Source: an uncultured Candidatus Poseidoniales archaeon
GTDB taxonomy: Archaea; Thermoplasmatota; Poseidoniia; Poseidoniales; Thalassarchaeaceae
Direction: 5' to 3'
Length of the DNA: 64,000 nt
NCBI GenBank assembly: GCA_964647665.1
Contig: CAZYIX010000009.1
Location: 860 to 64,859, forward strand
In this document: in pieces, positions 37,605 to 47,025 of the stretch
Numbering within the stretch: position 1 is the stretch's first letter
How the letters are laid out: every line of letters starts with the position of its first letter
The notes under the pieces: model-generated
Database searches by the model: none
What the model was told of the DNA's origin: nothing
Seen by the model: the letters and a program-made list of their open reading frames with translations, nothing else
Translations under genes and position numbers: made by a program

Positions 37605-38888
37605 TTACAAATTGCATTTTTCAAGTATTTTCTTTCCGCCCATATATGGTTGGAGCGCTTTTGGCACCGTTACTCGTCCGTCCTCCAACTGGCATTGTTC
37701 CATTATTGCGACCAATGCCCTGCTGGTAGCCACTGCAGTGGAGTTTAGTGTGTGAACCGCAGTATTGCCATCCGGCGTGCGGTATCTCATCCGCAGGCGG
37801 TTGGCTTGGTAATCAGTGCAATTCGAGCAGGATACGACTTCTTTGTACTCTCCACGACCGGGCAACCAAGCCTCAAGGTCGTATTTCTTGGCGGCAACTG
37901 TACCCATATCGCCAGTGCAGATGTTGACCACTTCGTAGTGCAACCCAAGCGAATCCCAGAGGTCAACGCAATTGGTGAGCAACTCCTCGTGAAGTTTCCA
38001 AGAATCGTCTGGATGGGAGATGATGATCTGCTCGACCTTGGTGAATTGATGAACACGCCAGATTCCTTTGTCACCTTGGCCGTGTGCCCCTACCTCACGT
38101 CGAAAGCACGGTGAGACCCCGACAATGCGTATTGGCAGAATAGTTGGCTCGATGACTTCATCCATGTACATTGCAGTCAACGGGTGTTCACTGGTGGCGA
38201 TAGTGTAGAATCCATCGGGTTGTACATTGTACATCACTGTCTCAAAATCTGCAAGGTCAGTCACCCCTTCGTAGGCATCGCGGTTCATCATCACAGGAGG
38301 TTGGACGAAGGTGTATCCGCGGTCACTGATGAAGTCGACAGAGTACTGCTGCAAGGCCAACTCAAGCCTTGCAAGGTCCCCTTTGAGGAAGTAGAATCGA
38401 CTGCCTGTTATCTTGGCTGCACGTGCTAAATCAACCCAATTATTCATTTCAAGAAGGTCGTTATGAGTGCGTGGTGAGAAATTGAATGCAGGTTTGTCTC
38501 CGTGCAGACTGTGTTGGGTGTTGCCGCCCTGCCCCTCTCCTACCGGTACGCTCTCGTGCAGAATGTTTGGGATGCTCATTCGCAGTTTGTCTCGTTCGGC
38601 TTCGAATTCATCAGCACCGGTTGCTAATCCCTCAATCTCTGCTCCAATTGAGTCGACTTCTGATTTGATGCGAGTGAACTCCGCATCATCTCCAGCTTTT
38701 TTTGCCGCAGCGATTCCTCGCGCAGCCTCGTTGCGCTTACGGCGCAATTGGTCTGCGTCGTAGCGAGCCTTGCGCCATGCTTCATCTAGACGAATTACCT
38801 CATCGATTGCGTCATGAGAAAGGCCACGTTTGTCATGGTCAGCACGAACGATGTCGGCATGTTCACGGAACATGTGAATGTCAAGCAT
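37605..38888 (-). CDS. serS: seryl-tRNA synthetase
   Basis: N-terminal coiled-coil arm 'MLDIHMFREHADIV...', class-II motifs ('GVSPCFRREVG', 'RVHQFTKVEQ', 'TAVATSRALVAIMEQ'); ORF track extends to 38951. Confidence 0.88.
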   Translation of the reverse strand: MLDIHMFREHADIVRADHDKRGLSHDAIDEVIRLDEAWRKARYDADQLRRKRNEAARGIAAAKKAGDDAEFTRIKSEVDSIGAEIEGLATGADEFEAERDKLRMSIPNILHESVPVGEGQGGNTQHSLHGDKPAFNFSPRTHNDLLEMNNWVDLARAAKITGSRFYFLKGDLARLELALQQYSVDFISDRGYTFVQPPVMMNRDAYEGVTDLADFETVMYNVQPDGFYTIATSEHPLTAMYMDEVIEPTILPIRIVGVSPCFRREVGAHGQGDKGIWRVHQFTKVEQIIISHPDDSWKLHEELLTNCVDLWDSLGLHYEVVNICTGDMGTVAAKKYDLEAWLPGRGEYKEVVSCSNCTDYQANRLRMRYRTPDGNTAVHTLNSTAVATSRALVAIMEQCQLEDGRVTVPKALQPYMGGKKILEKCNL

Positions 38889-38961
38889 CGGATGCCACCG
38901 GCTGTTCCGCAGCAACGATACTGCTTCAATCCGACGGATGATGTAGCCCATCAGTGGGCCA

Positions 38962-41307
38962 TCAGAACAGTGTGATGTTGAATTCGAATGCTTTGTATCC
39001 TATCAGAATGGATGCTGAAATGATGTAGCCGAGTATACTACCACCATTGAGTAATGGAAGACCAGCCTGAGGTTTTCCACGCGCAACGTACGTCATTAGA
39101 ATGAGATAACCAGCAAGTCCACCAATTGTGGTGAATATTGCCACCCAAAGCGGTGCTGAGATTCCCATTGGCCCAGCATATGCCGGAAGCCAAGTCAGCG
39201 CAGAGATTGCCAGCATACCGGGGAAGATGACATCGCCAAGTCCCATGAACATCGCTTCACCACCAGACCTAGTTGGCTTGGGTGGCGGCGGTGCTGAGTC
39301 AGCAGCGGCCTTCCATGCTTCGCTCGCCTGTGTACCAGCACCTTGCCCATCGCCTTCAGCAGCAGCGATTGGAGCAGGCTCAGGCGTCTCGCTCATCGCC
39401 TGCTCGCCTTCAGCAATGAACGAGTATTCCTTGTCTTGTGGTGCGACCAGCAAGATAGGGAGTTTCAACCCAATCATCGTATCTGCAAGTTCTAACATAT
39501 GCTTGGAGCGGTAAACAGCCCACGCATCGTATGCGGCGGCGAGTACCATGAATAGAATAATCAGCCATTCGTCAAAAGATACTCCGAGAATAGTGATTAC
39601 TCCAGCACCGACCAGAATCCCTACAGCATTGACTACATACCATTCGGGATAGCGTATCAGTGCAACCATGAAGCCGATTGAGAGTAAGATAGCCAATGCG
39701 TCCGCATAGAAGAATCCGGCACCACCGATAGCAAAGTCCGGTACTGCTGGGTCATGAACCCAATGCGCACTAGACCACTCACCGCCCTGCTCGATTGTGA
39801 GGATACTATCCGACCAACCTTCTTCTTCCCATTCTGGGTTGGGCTCGGCTCGCATGGTTAGCAGAACAGGTGCGGTGCCCGGTACTGTCATCGGTCGAGT
39901 CATTTCTGCTAGACTGACGTAAGTGAAAGCCCTCAGTTGGTCGCCTTCGACCACCCATAGATCATTGCTGCCTCCAGAGCAGCAGTCTGCCAGTATGAGC
40001 CCGCGTATCGGTTCGTCGAAGGCGCCTAGTTCATCGAAGCGAATTGCATCATACGATGTAACCGTTCCATTGCTTGGAATATTCCAACCTGTGACCGAAC
40101 CTCCGATAGTACCGAGAATCAGAATTGGGTCTGTGTCTCCACCGAGTTCGTATCCTGGTGGAGTGCCAATGGTGGCGGCGAGTATTTCTTCTCCAGAGCG
40201 GGGAGTGATATCCCAAGTGGTGTTGATGGTGGCTTGTTCACCATGGGCTAGTGCGGCTGTCTTTGGAATAATTATCATTCCAGCCCAAGTTTGAGTTACC
40301 AACAATAGGTGGTCTGAGCCTATTTTACGAGCGATTAGAATCTTTGAAGAATCGAATTCTACCGGCAAGAATAGGTTCCAGTTCTCACATCTGAGAGGAT
40401 TTTCAGGGCCCCATCGGTCAATTGCGACCAAAGTGCTACCGACGATAGCCCAATCTTGCCCTTCCTCAGCACCATGGCAGTTCTCCCAATCAGGGTCTGG
40501 GTCAGTGTAACGGAATCCGAGGTTACAATCAGTGGTGTGATTGTCGATAAAATCTCCTGTGTTTGCATCAAGGCGCACCCATTGAGTACCCTCACAAAGC
40601 ACCAATGCATCTCCTTCGTTGACAATCTGTGCAGGCACGATTTTGCTTTGCTGGTTTTCTTGGTGGATGATATCGTATGACCACAGCGTTGTTGCGCCGG
40701 CGCTTTCACCGACACCGCCACCAGCACGACCGGCGTTTTGCATCTTCACCAAGGTGCCGTTGGCACACTCTGGTGCATCACAATCCAAGTCCATTGCATA
40801 GAATGTGTCAGGCGATTCATCGACTTGCAGTACCCATAGGTCTGCTGTTTCTTCATCGGAAAGGTCGAGTGAAGGCACGTCCTCCATCAATAGGTAGTAG
40901 CAGATTGGAGTTAATGCAAGCAGCAGGGCTGCCCAAAGTACGAATAGCACTCCTCCTCGAATGAACTTCTGCAGCCCCTTTCTTGCCATCCAGATGATGC
41001 TAGCAGTGAAAATGAAAATGAAAATCAATTCAACGAATATCCAGCCAGCCTGAGTTGCTCCCTCCGGACCGAATGCGCGCATTTCATCAACATCGTAGAA
41101 TGGCTGAATCCACAATCCGATGCCGATTGTGACAATAAACATCCCTGCCATCATTGTCATTGCTGATGCTTGGTCAGCGAGTATTTCGGTCAATGGAGGT
41201 GTCTTGGAGGTAGCCTCCGCTGCCTTCTTGGCAGCCTTGTCTGCTCGGCGCTGTGCGCCGAAACCCTCCTTCGACATTGGTCGCCCGACCCGCAAAGGCC
41301 ATTTCAA
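38962..41307 (-). CDS. presenilin/signal-peptide-peptidase-like GxGD intramembrane aspartyl protease with a roughly 450-aa extracytoplasmic insertion
   Basis: TM with 'AAAYDAWAVY' (YD motif) and a later TM with 'FMGLGDVIFPG' (GxGD) in the C-terminal TM bundle; 3 N-terminal TMs; a roughly 450-aa hydrophilic W/G/T-rich domain between TM3 and TM4. Confidence 0.5.
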   Translation of the reverse strand: MKWPLRVGRPMSKEGFGAQRRADKAAKKAAEATSKTPPLTEILADQASAMTMMAGMFIVTIGIGLWIQPFYDVDEMRAFGPEGATQAGWIFVELIFIFIFTASIIWMARKGLQKFIRGGVLFVLWAALLLALTPICYYLLMEDVPSLDLSDEETADLWVLQVDESPDTFYAMDLDCDAPECANGTLVKMQNAGRAGGGVGESAGATTLWSYDIIHQENQQSKIVPAQIVNEGDALVLCEGTQWVRLDANTGDFIDNHTTDCNLGFRYTDPDPDWENCHGAEEGQDWAIVGSTLVAIDRWGPENPLRCENWNLFLPVEFDSSKILIARKIGSDHLLLVTQTWAGMIIIPKTAALAHGEQATINTTWDITPRSGEEILAATIGTPPGYELGGDTDPILILGTIGGSVTGWNIPSNGTVTSYDAIRFDELGAFDEPIRGLILADCCSGGSNDLWVVEGDQLRAFTYVSLAEMTRPMTVPGTAPVLLTMRAEPNPEWEEEGWSDSILTIEQGGEWSSAHWVHDPAVPDFAIGGAGFFYADALAILLSIGFMVALIRYPEWYVVNAVGILVGAGVITILGVSFDEWLIILFMVLAAAYDAWAVYRSKHMLELADTMIGLKLPILLVAPQDKEYSFIAEGEQAMSETPEPAPIAAAEGDGQGAGTQASEAWKAAADSAPPPPKPTRSGGEAMFMGLGDVIFPGMLAISALTWLPAYAGPMGISAPLWVAIFTTIGGLAGYLILMTYVARGKPQAGLPLLNGGSILGYIISASILIGYKAFEFNITLF

Positions 41308-41342
41308 GGCGACCGTTCACCGGGGGTGCGCAGTGTGGTCCT

Positions 41343-42704
41343 ATGAGTGAAGATATACGGACGTGGCTGGAAAGCCTTCGCAGTCTTGGTATGAGGCCCG
41401 GCCTTGAGATTTGTTCCACTCTGCTGCTGAGGATGGGGCAACCACACAGAGAATTCCCATCCACCCATGTCGCTGGCAGTAATGGCAAGGGGTCCTGCTG
41501 CGTTATTCTGGCTAATTCCCACACCCTCAATGGTGTGTGTACTGGATTGTTCACTTCACCGCATTTGTGTTTTGTTGAGGAAAGAATCCGTGTAGATGGG
41601 GTTCCAATCACTTCTGAGGAGTTTGATTCAGCGATGTGTGAGGTTCGCGATGCGGCTATGCAGGAGCCAGAAATGCTGCCGACCTACTTTGAGGCCACTT
41701 TCCTTGCAGCCATGGCTGTATTCCGCGAAGCAGGTATAGAAAGAGCGGTGGTAGAGACCGGTTTGGGTGGAAGATTGGACCCAACCATCCTGACGGAGGC
41801 TGATTGCTGTATTATCACCGAGATATCGCTAGCGCATACAGACGTGCTCGGTGATACCCTCGGTGAGATTGCAAAGGAGAAGGCAGCAATAATTCGCAAG
41901 GGAGCGGTTGTGGTCGCCCGTTGGTCATATGATGCTGATGTAAGGGCGGCAATCGAGGAGAAAGTCACAGATGAGGACAGGGCGTGGTGGTGGCGATATG
42001 ACCGAGATTCATGCATCCTGTTCTCTGTTGCCCACGAAAGTCATCGTCCGATACATGACAAGGAGATTGATGGTTACATCCCTTATCTCAAAGAGGCCGC
42101 CCGCCTTGCCGAAATATCACTATTCAACAAAATGTACCTCAAAAGCAGCGAATTGGTCGAGCGGGCGGTGATGCACACACATTGGCCCGGGCGTATGCAA
42201 TGGATAGAGCACTCAGGAACAGAGATTCTACTCGATGCTGCTCACAATGCTAGCGGTATGAGTCGCGCTTGTGCGCAAGTAATTGTCGAGATGCAGAATA
42301 ATACTGCACCTTCGCCGGGCGTTGTCATCATCGGTTGCAGTCCCCAAGATGATATGTTCGAGTTTACCCATCCGCTGGTCGAACTTGTGTCAACCTGTGA
42401 TGTTCAACACATCATCGCCACCCAACCGCTTGGGGGACGCCATACTCCAGTACCACCATTTGAGATTGCAGAAGTGCTTGCAGAACAATCTGTAACGGCA
42501 AAGGTCGAGATAGTGGACACACCTGCTGATGCTCTGGTCAAAGCAATGGAATTGGTGAAGGAGAGCGGTGCGCCAATCATGGGTATCGGCAGCCTGTATA
42601 TGGTTGGTAATCTGTTGAAACACCTTGGTCTTGATGACCGTGAATCCATGACAACTCTGAATGCTCCTAAAGATGAGTTTGTTGTAGAGAAGAGCAACAG
42701 ATGA
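41343..42704 (+). CDS. folC: folylpolyglutamate synthase / dihydrofolate synthase (Mur ligase family)
   Basis: 'HVAGSNGKGSC' P-loop, 'LGGRLD' motif, Mur-ligase domain order; stop overlaps the downstream ATG (ATGA). Confidence 0.75.
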   Translation: MSEDIRTWLESLRSLGMRPGLEICSTLLLRMGQPHREFPSTHVAGSNGKGSCCVILANSHTLNGVCTGLFTSPHLCFVEERIRVDGVPITSEEFDSAMCEVRDAAMQEPEMLPTYFEATFLAAMAVFREAGIERAVVETGLGGRLDPTILTEADCCIITEISLAHTDVLGDTLGEIAKEKAAIIRKGAVVVARWSYDADVRAAIEEKVTDEDRAWWWRYDRDSCILFSVAHESHRPIHDKEIDGYIPYLKEAARLAEISLFNKMYLKSSELVERAVMHTHWPGRMQWIEHSGTEILLDAAHNASGMSRACAQVIVEMQNNTAPSPGVVIIGCSPQDDMFEFTHPLVELVSTCDVQHIIATQPLGGRHTPVPPFEIAEVLAEQSVTAKVEIVDTPADALVKAMELVKESGAPIMGIGSLYMVGNLLKHLGLDDRESMTTLNAPKDEFVVEKSNR

Positions 42705-43201
42705 GCGCACTTCAGCGTGCGAATGCTCAAACGCCATCACATCTGCCCGAGGACGGTGAGCACATGAGTGAGAAGTGGGATGCGCGTTTCCTTGCACTTG
42801 CCAATCATATTTCTGGTTGGAGCAAAGACCCCTCCACTAAGGTTGGTTGTGTAGTCGTAGGTGCAGACCGAGAGATTCGCAGTACAGGATTCAACGGATT
42901 CCCTAGAGGAATCGAGGACTCCATCGAGCGCCTTGAGGACCGTGAACTGAAATATCCACTAATCTGCCATGCTGAGGAGAATGCCATCATGCACGCCGCA
43001 CGAGTCGGAGTGTCGGTCAAAGGATGCTCAGTGTACGTCACTTGGCCTCCGTGTACCCGCTGCGCCCGTTCAATGATTCAAGCGGGTGTGAAAGAAGTAG
43101 TCTATCCAGCAGATGGTGCCGTTCCAGAACGCTGGGCTGCTGATTTCACTACTTCCATTTCGATGATGAAAGAAGCTGGCGTGTTAGTGCGGCAGGTTTG
43201 A
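42701..43201 (+). CDS. dCMP (deoxycytidylate) deaminase, zinc-dependent
   Basis: 'CHAEENAIMHAA...PCTRCARSM' (H/CAE...PCxxC) cytidine/deoxycytidylate deaminase zinc motif; alternative start ATG 42764. Confidence 0.85.
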   Translation: MSALQRANAQTPSHLPEDGEHMSEKWDARFLALANHISGWSKDPSTKVGCVVVGADREIRSTGFNGFPRGIEDSIERLEDRELKYPLICHAEENAIMHAARVGVSVKGCSVYVTWPPCTRCARSMIQAGVKEVVYPADGAVPERWAADFTTSISMMKEAGVLVRQV

Positions 43202-43206
43202 AACTG

Positions 43207-43752
43207 TTAGCTGAGGATTTCCATTAATTCCTCAAGTGATTTATACAATTCATCGAGAGTCCCATTATTGTCAATGATGATGTCAGCCATTTCAGCGGTT
43301 GCATTCAGAGCCTGGCCACTGCTGTCAGCAGCCTCTAGTTCGGCTTGTTCTTGAGCCACAAACTGCTCGAAGTTTTCCGCATCTCCAGTTCTTCCTCGAG
43401 TCAGCAATCGTTGCCAACGAACCTCACGTTCTGCTTGAACTTCGAGTAGCAGAAAATCCGGCCTTTCTTGCAATGCCTCAACCTCAGCCGGGGTGCGGAC
43501 AGAATCGATTACGTAATTTTCATCGACTGCAATTTGAGCTAGTAGCATCTCCGCAAGCACACCTGCACCACCTTGCTCACGCAGAGTTCGACCCCCTTGG
43601 ATGAGGTTTTGACGAGTCTCATCAAGACCCTGTTCTGTAAGCCAGACTCGGATGGAATTTGAGCAGGAACCAGCCCCGAATCCGAGGTTATGGAACCACT
43701 CGACTATCGTGGTCTTACCAGCGGCGTTTCGCCCGGTCAATCCAACTAGCAT
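43207..43752 (-). CDS. P-loop nucleotide kinase, dephospho-CoA kinase (CoaE)-like
   Basis: 'VGLTGRNAAGKTT' Walker A and C-terminal 'ADIIIDNNGTLDEL' resembling the CoaE signature; substrate not assignable. Confidence 0.5.
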   Translation of the reverse strand: MLVGLTGRNAAGKTTIVEWFHNLGFGAGSCSNSIRVWLTEQGLDETRQNLIQGGRTLREQGGAGVLAEMLLAQIAVDENYVIDSVRTPAEVEALQERPDFLLLEVQAEREVRWQRLLTRGRTGDAENFEQFVAQEQAELEAADSSGQALNATAEMADIIIDNNGTLDELYKSLEELMEILS

Positions 43753-43823
43753 ATGTTCCCCTCACCGCGTGGTGGACTCAGCCCCAAAGAGCATTCGCCA
43801 ATATCGGTTAGGGCAACCTGAGT

Positions 43824-46800
43824 TCAGTGCCAGAATCTACGGGTGCGTGCGTATTGGATCTCGGCCTCATGAATAGCCTTGAACATGGTTTCATGGTCTC
43901 CGGCTCGGATGGTCCGGAGGATACGAATCGCGGTATCTTCTCCGACTCCCCTCGCCATCAGACAAAGAATCGCGTCATATCCTCGATTTTGAATTAATTC
44001 AGCGTTGCGAATCATGCGGTTTTGTGTCTTGACATCATCGCTTTTCACCGCTTCTTTCAGTTCATCAGCTCGTCCTTCGCGTAACACTGCCCGCATTGTG
44101 GAACCACATGGACAGCGGTGCTCAAGTTCAGGGTAGCGAGCGACTCTGAATCGGGTTGGGGACTGGCAGCGTAAGCAAATGGCGATTGCGCGCTCATTGA
44201 GCAGTCTCCCTTCCAGTCGCTTGCGAACCTCTGCATTAGACCAATTTGGCAGCAGCATATCTCGTTCAGAACGGGGTGAGAGGCCCAATGGTCCTGGGGC
44301 AGTCATGCGAACCTCCACAAGCCCTGATTGAATCGCTTTCAGCAGGTCAATGGTTCCCTCTACATCCATGCGCTCAGCGAACAATTTGTCCAGCGCTTCA
44401 TCCATTACCGGTGTGTTGCGGTAACGGTTGGCGATACCTGTCAAATTCACCTTGCGTGGGTCAACACCTCGGCGCAGTACTCCAAAGACCTTGCACACGT
44501 GCACGAGTCGTGCTCGTAACTGTCTGCCATTTGGGATAGTGACGCGCATCAAATCGGGCAGACCTTCTGGTGGAGTCTCGGTCAACCATGCAACGACGTT
44601 TGCCGGCTCAAGTCCAGGTACTTGCAGAGTGATGCGGTAAGGGTCGATGAGCAGTCTCCCCATTTTTCCTTCGATGGTAGATGCCATCGCTTGTAGGAAG
44701 TGGCCGAGTGTTTCGTTGATTTGAGAGCCGTGACAGGAATGGATAATGATGGCTTCACGGCGCTTCTCGATGGCTAGTAACCTACCGTCTGGCAGTGAAT
44801 CCGCTGCGGTTACGTGTTCGGTAATCGCGTCACCGAGCAGTTGTAGTGAATCGGCCTCGATTGGATAATCATCGATATCGAATTCGAGGTCGCAGCCGGT
44901 AATCCACGAGGTCAATGCGCCGACTTGTTCGCCAGCGTGCTCAGCGTTGTCCTCCTCAGTGGTTATTTCATCGCCAGCCAACAGATCGCTGACCGCATGT
45001 CGCATTGAGCCGACTTCTCGAGCAATTACAGCAGGAACCGGTGGTAACTCCCCACTCCATACCGGAGCGTGTCCCGGGTCTGAAACAGGAGCGACTAACA
45101 CTTCGCTGCGCTCAGGGTCAGCATCAACCATTTCCCAAGTTCTACCCACCATGACGAATCTCCGTGGTGAGCCATCTTCCTCTGAACCCGAGTCATCAAG
45201 TGAGAGTACGAAAGCCTCGTCGACTGTGCCAATGGTTGCGCGGGTGACGGCATCGCGAACGGTGTAGCGTTGTTTGTCAGGAATCATCGAGAGATTGTTG
45301 ATCATGTAGTCACGTGTTCGTGCAGCAGCGTTGTACCATCCCCCAGTTAGATGCTCTGGCACCTGTGCGCGGATGGCAGTTCTCCAAGCATCTAGCGTCC
45401 TGTTATTTGTCGTCTCAATTTCCTCAGGTGTCGGCCTTTCATCGGGAATGGTAATTTCAGATGAGGAATCAGATGAGTTGGCTGCCTGAGCGAATGTTCT
45501 CCACAAACTCGGAGCCCATTGCAGGGGGTCGTGACCGCTCGGGTCCTCAACCAGTTTAATCAGCCAACGGTCATCGAGGATTCGCAGCAGTTCTAGGGTT
45601 TCCTCGTGAGTCCAATCATGGAATATCGAGGTGCGCTGTAGTAGGGCGGTCGGTGCTGCTAGAGGGACAATACCTTCTGCAAGTGTCATCAAAACCAGTT
45701 GGTTTACCGCTACGGTGCGGGGTTTGAGGCGCCATACCACACCATCCAATTCACCTGCCATTGCTCGTCGGGCGATGACCGATGCTTCTGCTACCTCGTC
45801 TGGCTCCCATGCGAGTAGTGCTCCTCTGCCGGTTCCACCGAGATGATGCTCAGCCCTGCCAACGCGTTGCAAGAGCCTGTCCACTGCCCTTGGAGATTGA
45901 ATCTGATGGACTTGATTTACTGCCCCGACGTCGATACCTAATTCCAGACTACTCGTGCAAACTAATGCGTGTAAGTCTCCTGCTTGCAGTCGCTGTTCCA
46001 TTTCCCCTCGCATCTCTGCAGACAAACTACCGTGATGTACGCCGATGTCCAGTCCTGAATCCAGCATGGATAGTCGATGCGCGACAGTTTCAGCAGCATT
46101 TCGACTATTGACGAAGACCAGCGCTGGCGCATCTTCTCGTAGCCGGTTAGCCAGCGCACGTAGAGCAGCCATCGCTCTGGGTGATGTCGCCATCTCGATG
46201 GCTAGAGCCTCATCGTCTTGATTTGGCTTCTGACAGGTTACCCGCACCTCGGTTGCCCGTGGAGCTGGCGCGTTAATCGACTCACATGTTGGTGAGAGCC
46301 AATGTGAGACTTCTTGGGGATTACCAACGGTCGCTGACAGTCCAACGCGCTGGACTCGTCGTCCAGCGAGTTCATCGATGCGTTCCAGAGCAATCAACAA
46401 CTGAGCGCCTCGTTCGGATGCTGCCAAATCATGCACCTCATCGATGACTACGGCTCGTAGGTTGCGCAGATGTTCACGCAGCCGCTTGCCGATTAGGAGA
46501 AGTTGGGTGGTTTCTGGAGTGGTGACCAGTAGATGAGGGGGATTTTTCGACTGCTTATTTCGTTCGTTTTGAGGGGTATCACCATGTCGCAATCCAACCT
46601 TCAGTCCGACAGCGGCTGCTACCGACTCAAGTCGTCTGTCAATATCCCGATTCAACGCCCGTAGCGGAGTAATCCACAGAATGGACATTGGCTCCCACTG
46701 TTTGGATTCCGCTTGTGAGATGAGAGGGAGAGCCGCAGCCTCGGTCTTACCTGAGCCAGTTGGAGCAACCAATAGTCGGTGTTCACCGGCGAGTAAGTCA

Positions 46801-46901
46801 GCAATCGCTGCATCCTGCACTGGAGTAGGCTGCCAGCCAGCGTTGTCAAGATATTCTACAAGGTTCTGCGACAGCAGCGAGAACGATGTTTCCCCAGTCA
46901 T
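43824..46901 (-). CDS. lhr: Lhr-family large ATP-dependent helicase
   Basis: 'LLVAPTGSGKTEAA' motif I, 'VIDEVHDL' DEVH box, motif VI 'QRVGRAGR'-like 'QRVGRAEH', long Lhr-specific C-terminal domain; 1025 aa. Confidence 0.85.
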   Translation of the reverse strand: MTGETSFSLLSQNLVEYLDNAGWQPTPVQDAAIADLLAGEHRLLVAPTGSGKTEAAALPLISQAESKQWEPMSILWITPLRALNRDIDRRLESVAAAVGLKVGLRHGDTPQNERNKQSKNPPHLLVTTPETTQLLLIGKRLREHLRNLRAVVIDEVHDLAASERGAQLLIALERIDELAGRRVQRVGLSATVGNPQEVSHWLSPTCESINAPAPRATEVRVTCQKPNQDDEALAIEMATSPRAMAALRALANRLREDAPALVFVNSRNAAETVAHRLSMLDSGLDIGVHHGSLSAEMRGEMEQRLQAGDLHALVCTSSLELGIDVGAVNQVHQIQSPRAVDRLLQRVGRAEHHLGGTGRGALLAWEPDEVAEASVIARRAMAGELDGVVWRLKPRTVAVNQLVLMTLAEGIVPLAAPTALLQRTSIFHDWTHEETLELLRILDDRWLIKLVEDPSGHDPLQWAPSLWRTFAQAANSSDSSSEITIPDERPTPEEIETTNNRTLDAWRTAIRAQVPEHLTGGWYNAAARTRDYMINNLSMIPDKQRYTVRDAVTRATIGTVDEAFVLSLDDSGSEEDGSPRRFVMVGRTWEMVDADPERSEVLVAPVSDPGHAPVWSGELPPVPAVIAREVGSMRHAVSDLLAGDEITTEEDNAEHAGEQVGALTSWITGCDLEFDIDDYPIEADSLQLLGDAITEHVTAADSLPDGRLLAIEKRREAIIIHSCHGSQINETLGHFLQAMASTIEGKMGRLLIDPYRITLQVPGLEPANVVAWLTETPPEGLPDLMRVTIPNGRQLRARLVHVCKVFGVLRRGVDPRKVNLTGIANRYRNTPVMDEALDKLFAERMDVEGTIDLLKAIQSGLVEVRMTAPGPLGLSPRSERDMLLPNWSNAEVRKRLEGRLLNERAIAICLRCQSPTRFRVARYPELEHRCPCGSTMRAVLREGRADELKEAVKSDDVKTQNRMIRNAELIQNRGYDAILCLMARGVGEDTAIRILRTIRAGDHETMFKAIHEAEIQYARTRRFWH

Positions 46902-47025
46902 ATTGCTGCCTCTAGTTTCGGCCCCTCTGCCGTTGGCTTTGAACCCGGCGACCGCAGGTCGATATATCGCCTGTCCAAAATGATTGCATTATTGTCCACA
47001 GCAGAACGATGTCCGAGGTGGGGGA

